Positions 8,192 through 18,922 of a DNA stretch of 64,000 nucleotides are shown piece after piece. Position 1 is the stretch's first letter; every line of letters starts with the position of its first letter. Below the pieces are notes generated by a model, which was not told where the DNA came from, ran no database searches, and saw only the letters and a list, made by a program, of their open reading frames with translations. The stretch comes from Capsulimonadaceae bacterium (GTDB lineage: Bacteria > Armatimonadota > Armatimonadia > Armatimonadales > Capsulimonadaceae), in NCBI GenBank assembly GCA_965215505.1, contig OZ244065.1, positions 128,001 to 192,000 of the forward strand. Reading direction: 5' to 3'. Position numbers and translations under genes: made by a program.

Positions 8192-9559
8192 CTATGCCTC
8201 CAGGTGGCCGAAGGCGTCGCCGCCCGGCAGGATGTCGGTCAGCTTCACGGGGACGAGCTGGCCGCGCAGGGGGGCGGGTGCCTCGAACTGCACCCGGACG
8301 TAGTTGCCGGTGTAGCCGGACAGCCAGCCGTCTTTCGCGCCTTTGGCTTCGACAAGCACCTCCACGGTCTGCCCCACATCGCCCGCTGCGAAGGCTTCCT
8401 GGCTCGCCACGCAGACCGCGGTGAGTTCGCGATGACGGCGCTCTTTTTCCTCATGGGGAACGTCGTCCTTGAGCTGTTCCGCCGCCGTGCGCTGCCGGGG
8501 CGAGTAGCGGAAGACGTGCGTCCGGGCGAAGCGCATCCGTTCGGCGAAGGCGACGGTATTCTCGAACAGGGCGCGCGTCTCGCCGGGGTAGCCGACAATC
8601 AGGTCCGTGGTCAGGCCGATGCGCGGCATCAGGGCGCGCAGCTTGTCCACGGTCTCGGCGAAGAAGCGGGTGTCATAGGGCCGGTTCATGGCCTTCAAGA
8701 TGGTGTCGTCACCGCTCTGTAACGACAGGTGCAGGTGGGGCGCGATGCTGGGGTGGGCGGCCATGGCGTCAATCAGTTTGTCGGGGATCTCGATGGGCTG
8801 GACGGAGGACAGGCGGACGCGGGCGATGCCCTCGATGTCCGCGACCGCGACCAGCACATCAGCAAGGTCAGGCCCGCCGCTGCCGGTGTCCGGGCCGTAG
8901 GCCCCGACGCAGACGCCGGTGACGACAACCTCTTTTGCCCCTGCTGAGGCCATCGCCCGCGCCTCGGCCAGCACGTCGGCGAAGGGGCGGCTCGCCATGA
9001 CGTTACGGGTGAAGGGGATGGAGCAGAAGCCGCAGAAGTACTGGCAGCCGTCCTGCACCTTCAGCGTCGCCCGCGTCCGGTGCAGCCCGGCGGGGCGCGG
9101 CAGCAGCGACTCGGACGAGATCAGGCCCTGGGGCGCGGCCTCGGGGAACACGGCCAGCCCCGCCCCAGACTTCGGGATGGGATGCGAGGCGGGCGAGGAC
9201 GAATACTGCATCAGGTCGGGGAAGGCGGCTAACACATGGGAGGCCGTCCGCATCTTCTCCGAGTTCGGCACCAGCAGGGCCGCGCCGTCTACGGCCTCGC
9301 CGGTGTCCAAAGCCATCTGGGCGAAGCAGCCGGTCAGGACGACACGCGCGCCCTCCTTCTGCCGGGCCGCGCGCCGGGCCATCTGCCGTGATTTGCGGTC
9401 GGCGTCCGCCGTGACCGAGCAGGTGTTGATGACGTACACGTCGGCGGGTTCGCGGAAGTCGGCCAGCACAAACCCCAGCGCTTCAAAGCTCTCGGCCAGC
9501 CGCTCGGTCTCGTATTGGTTGACTTTGCAGCCCAGATTCGTGAATGCGGCGGTCGGCAT
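8192..9559 (-). CDS. mtaB: tRNA t6A37 C2-methylthiotransferase (radical SAM)
   Basis: LGCKVNQYE, INTCSVT, KVQDGCQYFCGFCSIP (CxxxCxxC), HVFRYSPR. Adjacent to hinT. Confidence 0.93.
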   Translation of the reverse strand: MPTAAFTNLGCKVNQYETERLAESFEALGFVLADFREPADVYVINTCSVTADADRKSRQMARRAARQKEGARVVLTGCFAQMALDTGEAVDGAALLVPNSEKMRTASHVLAAFPDLMQYSSSPASHPIPKSGAGLAVFPEAAPQGLISSESLLPRPAGLHRTRATLKVQDGCQYFCGFCSIPFTRNVMASRPFADVLAEARAMASAGAKEVVVTGVCVGAYGPDTGSGGPDLADVLVAVADIEGIARVRLSSVQPIEIPDKLIDAMAAHPSIAPHLHLSLQSGDDTILKAMNRPYDTRFFAETVDKLRALMPRIGLTTDLIVGYPGETRALFENTVAFAERMRFARTHVFRYSPRQRTAAEQLKDDVPHEEKERRHRELTAVCVASQEAFAAGDVGQTVEVLVEAKGAKDGWLSGYTGNYVRVQFEAPAPLRGQLVPVKLTDILPGGDAFGHLEA

Positions 9560-9642
9560 GATGTCCGAAAGTGTACCGTAATCCCCTAAGCGCTGTCAAG
9601 CAGGCGGATTGGGTATACACGCGGGTAAAGGAGAACTATTCC

Positions 9643-9990
9643 ATGGACACACAAGGTTTGCCGCGCGAAGAATGGGGCGCGTTTTTTGACGACCTGAGCC
9701 GCGAGTTCGAATTGGGGCTGGTCACGGTGGAGGTGAGCGGCGACGCCCTGCCGCATGTCGTTCTTGTCGAGGGCCTGCCGCTGCTCGGCATCACGCTCAA
9801 CACGAAAGGCAGTGACGCCGGCAGCATCACGATCATGGCTGGGCAGGACGCGGACACGACCATCTCGCACACCGTCGCCGGCCCGACCCAGGTGAACGTC
9901 GCCCGCGACGCCCACGGCGCGGTGGCCGCCGTCCAGATAGACGCGCCCGACCCGGCGCAGACCCGCATCCACTTCCTGTCGGCAACATAG
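9643..9990 (+). CDS. DUF5335-like hypothetical protein
   Basis: LPREEWGAFFDDLSR...LPLLGIT...SHTV..P pattern. AAGGAG SD before ATG 9643. Confidence 0.7.
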   Translation: MDTQGLPREEWGAFFDDLSREFELGLVTVEVSGDALPHVVLVEGLPLLGITLNTKGSDAGSITIMAGQDADTTISHTVAGPTQVNVARDAHGAVAAVQIDAPDPAQTRIHFLSAT

Positions 9991-10000
9991 AACGGACAGG

Positions 10001-10050
10001 AAAAAGCCCGCCGCCCCGTGCCTGTGTTCAGGCGGGTGCGGCGGGCTTTT
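10001..10050. terminator. Bidirectional intrinsic terminator
   Basis: AAAAAGCCCGCCGC...GCGGCGGGCTTTT between convergent genes. Confidence 0.8.
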
Positions 10051-10067
10051 CTGATCTCCCGTCGGCC

Positions 10068-12248
10068 CTACTTGATGAACATCATCTCCTGGTAGGTCGG
10101 CAGCGGCCACAGCTCGTCGGAAACGATGCCTTCGAGGGCATCGGCGGCGACGCGGGTCTGCAACATGGCCGGGAGGACCTTGTCGCGGAAGTGCAGCGCG
10201 TGGGCCTTGGTGTCGTCGCTGCCCTCGTGGCCCAGTTCGTGTTCCAGGGATGAGATGCCCGCCTCCAGGTCGCTGGAGAGAGCGAGGACGCTGTCCAGCA
10301 GGGTCGTACTCGGGTCCTTGCCGATTGATTTAAGGTTCATGGCGAGGGTCGAGAGCTGCGTCTGGTAGGTCAGCGCGGCGGGCAGGATCTTGGTCTTCGC
10401 GATCTCCAAGGCGAGCTGCGCCTCCATGTTAACGTCGAGGCAGTACCGCTCCAGGGCGATCTCGTACCGGCTCCGCAGCTCTCGCTCAGACAGGACGCCG
10501 TACTTGCCCAGCACGGCGACGTTCTCCGGGTCGGTCAGGGCGGGCAGGGCGTCCAGGGTGTTGCGGAGGTTCGGCAGGCCGCGCGTTTCGGCCTCCTGGT
10601 GCCAATCGGTGGAGTAGCCGTTGCCGCCGAAGACGACCGCGCTGTGTTCCACGGCGATGCCTTGCAGCACCTTCTGGACGGCCGCGTTCAGTTTGCTCGG
10701 GTCGCCCGCCGTCTCCTTTTCGAGTTCGGTCGCGACGAAGTCCAGCGAGTCGGCGACGATGCAGTTCATCACCACGAGCGGCCATGCGATGGACTGGTTG
10801 GACCCGACGGCGCGGAACTCGAAGCGGTTGCCGGTGAAGGCAAACGGGCTGGTGCGGTTCCGGTCCCCGGCGTGCCGGGGGAGGGTCGGCAGCGTGTCCA
10901 CCCCGACCGTCAGCGTGCCGGCCTTCTTGGAAGAGGTGGCCGCGCCTTCTTTGAGTTGGTTGAACACGTCCTCGAGCTGCTCGCCGAGGAAGATGGACAT
11001 GATCGCAGGCGGTGCCTCGTTCGCGCCCAGCCGGTGGTCGTTCCCCGCCGAGGCGACCGAGGCCCGGAGGAGGGTCGAGTACTTGTGGACGGCGCGGATG
11101 GTGGCGAGGCAGAAGACCAGGAACTGGGCGTTCTCGTGCGGCGTGTCGCCCGGATCGAGCAGGTTGCCGACCTTGCCGCCGAGCGACCAGTTGACGTGCT
11201 TGCCCGACCCGTTGACGCCCGCGAAGGGCTTCTCGTGCAGCAGGCAGGCCAGGCCGTATTTGGTGGCGACCCGCTGGAGCTGCTGCATGATGATGTGCTG
11301 ATGATCGTGGCCGAGGTTCGCGCTCTCATAAACGGGCGCGATCTCGAACTGGCCCGGCGCGACCTCATTGTGGCGAGTCTTGATGGGGATGCCCTGCTTG
11401 TAGAACTCGTGTTCCGCCTCCATCATGAAAGCCAGGACGCGCTCGGGGATCGCGCCGAAGTAGTGGTCCTCGAACTCCTGCCCCTTGGGCGGGTTGGCCC
11501 CGAAGAGGGTGCGCCCGGCGTTCAGAAGGTCGGGGCGGGCGAAGAAGAAGTTGCGGTCGATCAGGAAATACTCCTGCTCGGGTCCGGCCGAGGCGGTGAC
11601 CATGCCGGGGTCGCGGTGGCCGAACAGCTTCAGGATGCGCTGCGCCTGCACGTTGAGCGCCTGCATGGAGCGCAGCAGCGGCGTCTTGTGGTCCAGCGCC
11701 TCGCCCGTCCAGGAGATGAAGACGGTCGGGATGCAGAGCGTGTTGCCGTTGGGGTTCTCGGAGATGTAGGCGGGGGAGGTGACGTCCCAGGCCGTGTAGC
11801 CGCGCGCTTCAAAGGTGGAGCGGATGCCGCCCGACGGGAAACTGGAGGCGTCCGGCTCGGCCTGGATCAGCGCACTGCCGGAGAACTGGGCGATCGTGCC
11901 GCCCGCCCCGTCCGGGTCAAAGAAGCTGTCGTGCTTCTCCGCCGTCAGGCCGGTCAGCGGATAGAAGACGTGCGTGAAGTGCGTGGCCCCCTTGTCGAGC
12001 GCCCAGGTCTTCATCGCCGAGGCGACCTCATCCGCGACCGTGGGGTCGAGCTTTTCGCCCCGCTCGATCGTCTTCTGGAGCGCCTTGTAGACGGGCTTGG
12101 CGAGCATCTCGCGCATCATCTTGTCGTTGAAGACGTTCGTGCCGTAGAGCGACCGGGAGGTCTCGCCTTCGAGGTCAATGGCGTCCACGGGGGGCTTGTA
12201 GTTGATGACTGCTGAGATGGCTTCCTGCCGTCCGGTCGTTGAGTTCAT
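10068..12248 (-). CDS. glnN: Glutamine synthetase type III
   Basis: [94 protein letters not shown] before ATG 12248. Confidence 0.96.
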   Translation of the reverse strand: MNSTTGRQEAISAVINYKPPVDAIDLEGETSRSLYGTNVFNDKMMREMLAKPVYKALQKTIERGEKLDPTVADEVASAMKTWALDKGATHFTHVFYPLTGLTAEKHDSFFDPDGAGGTIAQFSGSALIQAEPDASSFPSGGIRSTFEARGYTAWDVTSPAYISENPNGNTLCIPTVFISWTGEALDHKTPLLRSMQALNVQAQRILKLFGHRDPGMVTASAGPEQEYFLIDRNFFFARPDLLNAGRTLFGANPPKGQEFEDHYFGAIPERVLAFMMEAEHEFYKQGIPIKTRHNEVAPGQFEIAPVYESANLGHDHQHIIMQQLQRVATKYGLACLLHEKPFAGVNGSGKHVNWSLGGKVGNLLDPGDTPHENAQFLVFCLATIRAVHKYSTLLRASVASAGNDHRLGANEAPPAIMSIFLGEQLEDVFNQLKEGAATSSKKAGTLTVGVDTLPTLPRHAGDRNRTSPFAFTGNRFEFRAVGSNQSIAWPLVVMNCIVADSLDFVATELEKETAGDPSKLNAAVQKVLQGIAVEHSAVVFGGNGYSTDWHQEAETRGLPNLRNTLDALPALTDPENVAVLGKYGVLSERELRSRYEIALERYCLDVNMEAQLALEIAKTKILPAALTYQTQLSTLAMNLKSIGKDPSTTLLDSVLALSSDLEAGISSLEHELGHEGSDDTKAHALHFRDKVLPAMLQTRVAADALEGIVSDELWPLPTYQEMMFIK

Positions 12249-12321
12249 TGCTGGTGTCTCTCCTTCTGAGGGCTTGAGGGTGTGCGATACGCATTCCGAC
12301 GATCTTGCACGAGGGCGGCAG

Positions 12322-12381
12322 AAAAAAGCCACGGGCCAAAGACGCTCTCCGGGGGTGGGGAAGCGTTTGGCCCGTGGCTTT
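12322..12381 (-). terminator. Intrinsic terminator hairpin between the GSIII promoter and the GSIII start (candidate attenuator)
   Basis: Minus strand: AAAGCCACGGGCCAAA...TTTGGCCCGTGGCTTTTTT. Confidence 0.75.
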
Positions 12382-12424
12382 CATAGCCTTGGTGGGACGG
12401 CGTGGTCCGACCGAACGGTGGCGT

Positions 12425-12454
12425 ATGATAGCATTTGAATTCGGCCCCTGTCAA
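12425..12454 (-). promoter_or_regulatory. sigma70-type promoter for GSIII
   Basis: TTGACA-N18-TATCAT with an extended -10 TG. Confidence 0.7.
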
Positions 12455-12477
12455 CTCCCAGGCGGCCTGCCTGCTCT

Positions 12478-13896
12478 CTACGCATCGTAGTACAGGAAGA
12501 ACTCGTAGGGGTGGGGGCGCAGGGCCACGCCCTCGACCTCGCGGACGCGCTTGTAGCTGATGTAAGTCTCGATCAGCGACTTCGTGAACACGTCGCCTTT
12601 CAGCAGGAATTCGTGGTCGGCCTCCAGGGCGGCCAGCGACTCGGAGAACGTGCCGGGCGTCTGGGCGATGCTGGCCTTTTCTTCAGCGGCCAGCTCGTAG
12701 ATGTCCTTATCCACGGGCGGCGGCGGCTGGATCTTGTTTAGGATGCCGTCAATCCCCGCCATCGCCATGGCCGAGAACAGCAGGTAGGGGTTCGCGGTCG
12801 GGTCCGGGGCGCGGAACTCGACGCGCTTGGACTTGGGCGAGCCGGCGATTGGGATGCGGACGGCGGCGGAGCGGTTGCGGGCCGAGTAGACGAGGTTGAT
12901 CGGGGCCTCATAGCCCGGCACCAGGCGGCGGTAGGAGTTGGTGCTGGCCGCGCCGAAGGCCAGCAGGGCCGGCGCGTGCTTCAGGATGCCGCCGATGTAG
13001 TACACGGCCGTCTCGGACAGGCCGCCGTAGCCGGATGCGTCGTAGAAGATGTTGGCACCGCCCTTCCACATGGAGACGGACGTGTGCATGCCGGAGCCGT
13101 TGTCCTGGAAGATGGGTTTCGGCATGAACGTGGCGGTGTACCCGTTCTGGGCCGCCGTGTTCTTGACGATGTACTTGTGCATCAGGAGCTTGTCGGCCAT
13201 GTTGACCAGCGAGTCGAACTTGATGCCGATCTCGCACTGCCCCGCGTTACCCACCTCGTGGTGGTGAACGTCCACCTCGATGCCGGCTTCGAGCAGGGTC
13301 AGGACCATCTCGGAGCGCAGGTCGGCCAGGGTGTCCGAGGGCGGCACGGGGAAGTAGCCTTCTTTGGTCCGCATCTTGTAGCCCAGATTCGGCTTCTCGT
13401 CGCGGCCCGAGTTCCAGGCGGCCTCGTCGGAGTCAATCGCGTAGAAGCCGGAGTTCGCCGACTGGCCGTAACGGATGTCATTGAAGACGTAGAACTCCGC
13501 CTCGGGGCCGAAGTAGGCCACGTCGGCGATGCCCGTGGACTGGAGATAGGCCTCGGCCTTCTTGGCGATGTTGCGCGGGTCGCGCGGGTACTTCTCGCGC
13601 GTGATCGGGTCCTCGACGTCGGCGATGATGGACAGCGTCTTCACCTCAGTGAACGGGTCCAGGACGGCGGTGTCGGCGTCGGGAACTAAGAGCATGTCCG
13701 ACTCGTCAATGGTCTGGAACCCGCGGACCGAGGAGCCGTCGAACGGCAGGCCGACGGTGAAGACTTCTTCCTCGAAACGGTGCGCGGGCAGCGTGAAGTG
13801 CTGCCAGGTGCCGGGAACATCAATGAACTTGACGTCCACGAATTTGACGTCGTTGTCCTTGATCAAGGTCAGCACGTCCTGGGGTGTCTTTGCCAT
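12478..13896 (-). CDS. glnA: Glutamine synthetase type I (beta)
   Basis: [57 protein letters not shown] (adenylylation Tyr region). Confidence 0.98.
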   Translation of the reverse strand: MAKTPQDVLTLIKDNDVKFVDVKFIDVPGTWQHFTLPAHRFEEEVFTVGLPFDGSSVRGFQTIDESDMLLVPDADTAVLDPFTEVKTLSIIADVEDPITREKYPRDPRNIAKKAEAYLQSTGIADVAYFGPEAEFYVFNDIRYGQSANSGFYAIDSDEAAWNSGRDEKPNLGYKMRTKEGYFPVPPSDTLADLRSEMVLTLLEAGIEVDVHHHEVGNAGQCEIGIKFDSLVNMADKLLMHKYIVKNTAAQNGYTATFMPKPIFQDNGSGMHTSVSMWKGGANIFYDASGYGGLSETAVYYIGGILKHAPALLAFGAASTNSYRRLVPGYEAPINLVYSARNRSAAVRIPIAGSPKSKRVEFRAPDPTANPYLLFSAMAMAGIDGILNKIQPPPPVDKDIYELAAEEKASIAQTPGTFSESLAALEADHEFLLKGDVFTKSLIETYISYKRVREVEGVALRPHPYEFFLYYDA

Positions 13897-14153
13897 TGAG
13901 TGGTGTGATCTCCTTGGTGGTGTGTCTCGGATGGTGGTTCCTTATGGTTCGTTCCTGAGTGCGAGTGTTTGCCGAGACCGGGATGCGGCTGTGTGCTGTG
14001 AGCGGGCGGACACAAAAAAAGCTGTCGGAGGCATCCTGCAAAGCGCCTGAACATGCAAACTTTAGGGTATATTCGCATGAAAACCGCACGGGAACAACGC
14101 TGTTCCGTCCGGAGGCCACCTGCCGACAGCCGGCCTGGGGTCGTTGAGCCTCT

Positions 14154-14182
14154 AGTATACAAAAAAACGAGTACCCTGTCAA
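14154..14182 (-). promoter_or_regulatory. sigma70-type promoter for glnA
   Basis: TTGACA-N17-TATACT. Confidence 0.8.
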
Positions 14183-14286
14183 TAGAGACTTCGCGCTGTT
14201 CCTTCGCGGCCCCCGTTTGTGCTATAATAGCCTAAAGCGTGGGTCGCTGTTCAGGCGCGCTCATCTCGGAACGGAAATTTAGCGCC

Positions 14287-15921
14287 ATGAAAACTTCCCC
14301 TCCCACTCATTTCGGCCTCGCACTGACTCTCGCTGCCTGCTGCGGTGCGCTCGGCATCGGCCCTGCCTCGGCCCAGTTCGCCACGGACGCGAAGCCCGCT
14401 CCGGCGAAGAAGGCCGCCCCGAACCCGTCCCTGGACCGCTACAACAAAGTGGTCACGGACTTCAACAAGGCGACGCAGGACTTCAACGCGGCCAAGAACA
14501 GCGGCAGTGCCGACGGCCTGAAGGCGGCGGATCAGGAGATCGCGGCGAACATCACGGACCTGACCGCCCTGGCCCAGACGCCGGAGTATCAGAACGATCC
14601 CACGGTCCATAATCTGATCGGCTACCTGTATCTGACGCAGGATAACCCGGCGGCAGCCATCCCCGAGCTGCAAACGACGGTCCGGCTCAAGCCGGATAAC
14701 CTGGATGCGCGCAACAACCTGGGCAACGCACTGCGCCAGCAGATGCGTTATGATGAGGCCGCCGAGCAGTACCGGTATGTCCTGGACCACTTCGCGTCGA
14801 CGCCGGGCCTTGACGCGGCACGGATCAAGTTCAACCTGGCGACCGCGCTGGGGCAGGCGGGCAAGACGGACGAGGCCCTGGCCCTCTTCTCCGAGCTGGT
14901 GGCCGCGCCCAATCCGGATGCCGCCACGCTGAAGAACTACGGCTTCTTCCTGCAAAAAGCCGGACGCAGCGCCGACGCCGCCGACGCCCTGCGGCGCGCG
15001 GCGGAGAAGGACCCGAAGGACGCCACCGCGTGGCTCAGTGCGGGCGAGATCTATGCCAGGAACCAGCGCTACGACGACGCCATCGCGACGCTGACGAAGG
15101 CCGTCGGGCCGGACGTCGCCCCGCCACTCGACGCGACGGGAGAGTACGACGCCTATTTCGCTCTGGGCGAGGCCAATGCGGCGAAGGGCAGCACGGCGGA
15201 GGCGATCAAGGACTTCGACACGGCCGCCGGCCTCCAGCCGCAGAACGCGGTCCCCGTTTACAACAAGGGCGTTTTGCAGGAACAGGCCGGCCTGAAGCCG
15301 GACGCCGAGGCGTCCTACCGCAGTGCGCTCCAGAAGGACCCCGGCAGCGTCCAGATCCAGGCTGCACTGGGGCTTATCCTGGCCGACGAGGGCAAGGCGG
15401 CCGAGTCGGCTACGTTTCTGGCGCAGGCCGCGCCCAGGCTGACGCAGGACGCCAAAGCCGCGCCGATCTATGCCCGCCTGGGTGATGACTATGCCAAGCA
15501 GAACGATTATGCCGCTGCCGACCAGGCCCGCCGGCAGGCGCTGGCCCTGAATCCCGATGACGTGGACGTGCATCTGGCCCTGGCGGAGACCGCCATGGCG
15601 CGTCGCCAGTATGTCGCCGCCTTGGTCCAGTATGACGCCGCCGCCCGGCTGCGCCCGGCTGACCCGGCCATCCAGGATGGGCGCGGCGTCGCCTACAAGA
15701 ACCTGAAGCAGTACCCGAAGGCTCTGAGGGCCTTCCAGCAGGCTGCGACGCTCGACCCGAGCAACGCCCAGATACAGAACAACATCGGCGTCCTTTATGA
15801 GCTGCTCGGCAACAAGGCCTCGGCCATCGCCGCGTACAAGAAGGCATTGACCCTGAACCCGAGCCTGGAGATCGCCCGCCGGAACCTGGCCCGCTTCGCC
15901 CACAAGCCGGCGAGCTACTAA
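14287..15921 (+). CDS. Secreted tetratricopeptide-repeat protein
   Basis: Signal peptide (..GPASA|Q) and about 10 TPR units (ARNNLGNAL, IQNNIGVLY). Alternative GTG start at 14239. Confidence 0.88.
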   Translation: MKTSPPTHFGLALTLAACCGALGIGPASAQFATDAKPAPAKKAAPNPSLDRYNKVVTDFNKATQDFNAAKNSGSADGLKAADQEIAANITDLTALAQTPEYQNDPTVHNLIGYLYLTQDNPAAAIPELQTTVRLKPDNLDARNNLGNALRQQMRYDEAAEQYRYVLDHFASTPGLDAARIKFNLATALGQAGKTDEALALFSELVAAPNPDAATLKNYGFFLQKAGRSADAADALRRAAEKDPKDATAWLSAGEIYARNQRYDDAIATLTKAVGPDVAPPLDATGEYDAYFALGEANAAKGSTAEAIKDFDTAAGLQPQNAVPVYNKGVLQEQAGLKPDAEASYRSALQKDPGSVQIQAALGLILADEGKAAESATFLAQAAPRLTQDAKAAPIYARLGDDYAKQNDYAAADQARRQALALNPDDVDVHLALAETAMARRQYVAALVQYDAAARLRPADPAIQDGRGVAYKNLKQYPKALRAFQQAATLDPSNAQIQNNIGVLYELLGNKASAIAAYKKALTLNPSLEIARRNLARFAHKPASY

Positions 15922-15951
15922 GGCCCCATTAGGACCCACTAGAAAGACCGG

Positions 15952-16815
15952 ATGCAGAACATCGGCATCATGGCGAACGCCGGCAAGCCGGCGGCACTGG
16001 AAGTCGCGGCGGACGCCGACCGCCGCCTCCGGGCGCGGGGCATCAATGTCCGCCTCCAGCACCGAGTCGCCGAGTCGCTGGGCATTCCCGAGCGCGGCCT
16101 GCCCGATGGCGGCGTCGCTGAAGCCGACGCCGTGCTGGTGCTGGGCGGCGACGGGACGATCCTGGCGACAGCCCGGCTCTGCGCCCCGCTGGGGACGCCG
16201 ATGCTGCCGGTCCATGTGGGCCGGTTCGGGTTCCTGACGGCTGTCGCGCCCGACGAGCTGCCCGAGGCCCTGGACGCACTGCTGGGAGGGCGGTATACGC
16301 AGGAGGAGCGCATGATGCTCTGGTGCGAGACGCGGCGGGATGGGGCCTTGCAGGACTCGGGGCTTGCGCTCAATGAGGTCGTGGTCGCCAACGGCCCGCT
16401 CTCGCGCGTCCTGCACCTGCGGACCTCCATTGATGGCCGGTTCGTGACGACCTACGCCGCCGACGGCGTCATCGTGGCGACGCCGACCGGCTCGACGGCC
16501 TATTCGCTCTCGGCGGGCGGCCCGCTGGTTCACCCTGTCTTGCAGACTTTGCTGCTGACGCCGATCTGCCCGCACACGCTGACCTCGCGCGCCCTGCTGG
16601 TGCCGCCCGAGGCCGAGATCACGGTGATTGTCGAGCGCGACCCGCAGGACATGGTGCGCGTCACGATTGACGGCCAGCTCGGCTTCCCGCTCCAGACGGA
16701 GGACGCCATCCACATCCGCCGCGCCCCGCACCAGGCGCGGTTCCTGTCCGTCGGCGGCGCGAACTTCTACGACAAGCTCCAGGACAAGCTGCACTGGGGC
16801 GAGACGCTTTACTAG
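15952..16815 (+). CDS. nadK: NAD(+) kinase
   Basis: LGGDGTIL, GFLT, LNE, ADGVIVATPTGSTAYSLSAGGP, PICPH. Confidence 0.96.
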   Translation: MQNIGIMANAGKPAALEVAADADRRLRARGINVRLQHRVAESLGIPERGLPDGGVAEADAVLVLGGDGTILATARLCAPLGTPMLPVHVGRFGFLTAVAPDELPEALDALLGGRYTQEERMMLWCETRRDGALQDSGLALNEVVVANGPLSRVLHLRTSIDGRFVTTYAADGVIVATPTGSTAYSLSAGGPLVHPVLQTLLLTPICPHTLTSRALLVPPEAEITVIVERDPQDMVRVTIDGQLGFPLQTEDAIHIRRAPHQARFLSVGGANFYDKLQDKLHWGETLY

Positions 16816-16857
16816 GGTCCAGACCTGCGGAACCTTGTGCGAATAACGGAGTTGAGT

Positions 16858-17184
16858 ATGAAGGCGTTCAGACTAACTTCCCTGCGGCCTCCCCGTCGCC
16901 TGATCCTCTCATGTCTCTGGCTGGCATCGTGGTGCCTGGCGACGGTGGCCGCGCACACGGGTCGGCTGCTCCTTGACCGCTGGTTACACCGGGGCGAGCC
17001 GCCAACCTGGCCGGAAGAAGCTGGTCGAATGTTCGTAATCATGATGGGTATAACTGCGGGTGATTGCCTCTCCCGGTCCTTCAAGCTCTACCCGCTCGCG
17101 CGAAAGCAAAATGGGTCTGAGAACAGAGGTCAACGCGGCCGATTGTGGGCGACCATTTCTCTGACTCCGACGCCCCGGCCATAA
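16858..17184 (+). CDS. Hypothetical small membrane protein
   Basis: ORF fills the nadK-recN gap and has two hydrophobic stretches. No recognised motif. Confidence 0.4.
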   Translation: MKAFRLTSLRPPRRLILSCLWLASWCLATVAAHTGRLLLDRWLHRGEPPTWPEEAGRMFVIMMGITAGDCLSRSFKLYPLARKQNGSENRGQRGRLWATISLTPTPRP

Positions 17185-17200
17185 GCGACGATAAACGAAG

Positions 17201-18883
17201 ATGTTAGTTGAGCTTCATGTCACGAACTTCGCCCTCATTGACCGCCTGGACCTGACGTTCGGCGCGGGTCTCAACATACTGACCGGCGAGACCGGCGCGG
17301 GCAAGTCCATCATCATTGACGCCCTCGGGCTGGCACTCGGCGGGCGGGCGGGCGCGGACCTAGTCCGCACCGGCGCGGTGAAGGCCACCGTCGAGGCGGT
17401 CTTTGACCTCAGCCACGCCCCCGATGACGTCCGTCGCCGACTGGCGGAAGCGGGGCTGGACGGCGAAGACGAGGAAGACACATTGCTGGTGACACGCGAG
17501 CTTGCACGCGCGGGCGGCAAGTCGCAGTGCCGGGTCAACGGGCGGCTGATGCCCGTCGCCGTCCTGAAGGAGATCGCCGAGGGTCTGGTGGACGTCCATG
17601 GCCAGCACGAACATCAGTCGCTTCTCGCCGCCGACCGCCACATAGACATCCTGGACAACTGGGGCGGCAAGGACGCGCTCGCCTTGCGCCAGTCGGTCGC
17701 CGCCCTGTTCGGCGAGGCGAGCGCCCTGAAGCGCGAGCGGGAACAGCTCCGGACGGACGCCCGTGAGCGCGCCCGGATGCTGGACCTGTACCGCTTCCAG
17801 TCGGAGGAACTCGCCTCGGCATCCCTCCAGCCGGGTGAGGAAGAAGAGCTTGCCGCCGACCGCAGCCGGCTGGCGAACAGCGAGAAACTGAGCGCCGCCG
17901 CCGCCGATGCCTACGCGACGCTGTCGGGCGCGGAGCGCGGCGCGGGGGCCTTAGACGCCTTGAATGCCGCCCTGGCGGCCGTCGAGCATGTGGCCGCTTT
18001 GGACGAGGCCCTGGCACCGCTGACCGAGACTTTGCAGAGCGCCGTGTCGTTTGCCGAGGACGCCGCCCGCGACCTGCGCGTGTATCAGGAGTCGGTGGAG
18101 TTCAACCCGGAGCGCCTTGAGGAGATCGAGACGCGCCTGGACCTGATCCGCACTTTGAAGCGCAAGTACGGCGAGACCCTGGAAGAGATCATCGCTTACG
18201 GCGCGGAGCTGGCTGGGAAGCTGGACGCCCTGGAAAATTCCGAGGCGCGCGAGGAGGCCCTGACGGCGGCGATCACGAAGGCCGAGGACAAGCTGAACGC
18301 CGCCGCCGCCCGGCTGACCAAGGCGCGGCGGAAGGCCAGCGAGAACTTCGGGGCGGGGATCGCCCGCGAGTTGGCCGACTTAGGGATGGCGGCCACCAAG
18401 TTCGAGGTCTCCATCGAGGCCCAGCCGGTCACGAGCAAGGGCGCGGACCGGGTCGAGTTCCTGCTCTCGCCGAACCCCGGCGAGCCGTTGCGCCCGCTGG
18501 CGAAGATCGCGTCGGGCGGTGAGATGTCGCGCATCATGCTGGCGATGAAATCCGTTCTGGCGCGGACGGGGGCGATCCCGACCATGATTTTCGACGAGAT
18601 TGATGTCGGCGTCGGCGGCCGGACGGCCCAGACCATCGGCGACAAGCTGGAAGCCTTGGCGCGGGAGGCGCAGATCATGTGCATCACGCACCTGCCGCAG
18701 ATCGCCTCCCGCGCCGGGACCCATTTTTTCATCGAGAAGCAGGTCCATGAGGGCCGGACGACGGTGTCAGTGGCTCCGCTCGACTCAGAGGGCCGCATCG
18801 AGGAGATCGCCCGAATGCTGGGCGGTTCGCGGCGGTCGGAGGCAGTCGTCCAGCACGCGCGCGAGATGCTGTCCGTCTCGTAG
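17201..18883 (+). CDS. recN: DNA repair protein RecN
   Basis: LTGETGAGKSII, VHGQHEHQ, ASGGEMSR, IFDEIDVGVGG, ITHLPQIA. Typical nadK-recN synteny. Confidence 0.97.
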   Translation: MLVELHVTNFALIDRLDLTFGAGLNILTGETGAGKSIIIDALGLALGGRAGADLVRTGAVKATVEAVFDLSHAPDDVRRRLAEAGLDGEDEEDTLLVTRELARAGGKSQCRVNGRLMPVAVLKEIAEGLVDVHGQHEHQSLLAADRHIDILDNWGGKDALALRQSVAALFGEASALKREREQLRTDARERARMLDLYRFQSEELASASLQPGEEEELAADRSRLANSEKLSAAAADAYATLSGAERGAGALDALNAALAAVEHVAALDEALAPLTETLQSAVSFAEDAARDLRVYQESVEFNPERLEEIETRLDLIRTLKRKYGETLEEIIAYGAELAGKLDALENSEAREEALTAAITKAEDKLNAAAARLTKARRKASENFGAGIARELADLGMAATKFEVSIEAQPVTSKGADRVEFLLSPNPGEPLRPLAKIASGGEMSRIMLAMKSVLARTGAIPTMIFDEIDVGVGGRTAQTIGDKLEALAREAQIMCITHLPQIASRAGTHFFIEKQVHEGRTTVSVAPLDSEGRIEEIARMLGGSRRSEAVVQHAREMLSVS

Positions 18884-18922
18884 TCACGCCGGATCGGATC
18901 AGAACGCGAGGGATTTAGAGCC

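Noticed and set aside
10599..12215. 538-aa plus-strand ORF, and similar shadows over eno, GH2, MFP and the propeller genes
   Set aside because: Antisense shadows of well-supported genes.
12250..12424. Known glutamine (glnA) riboswitch
   Set aside because: CGUUC is present near the TSS, but the GGAAG/GAAGGAACG elements are not seen. Kept only as an unknown attenuator candidate.
14251..16794. 847-aa minus-strand ORF
   Set aside because: Antisense to the TPR protein and nadK, which have clear motifs.
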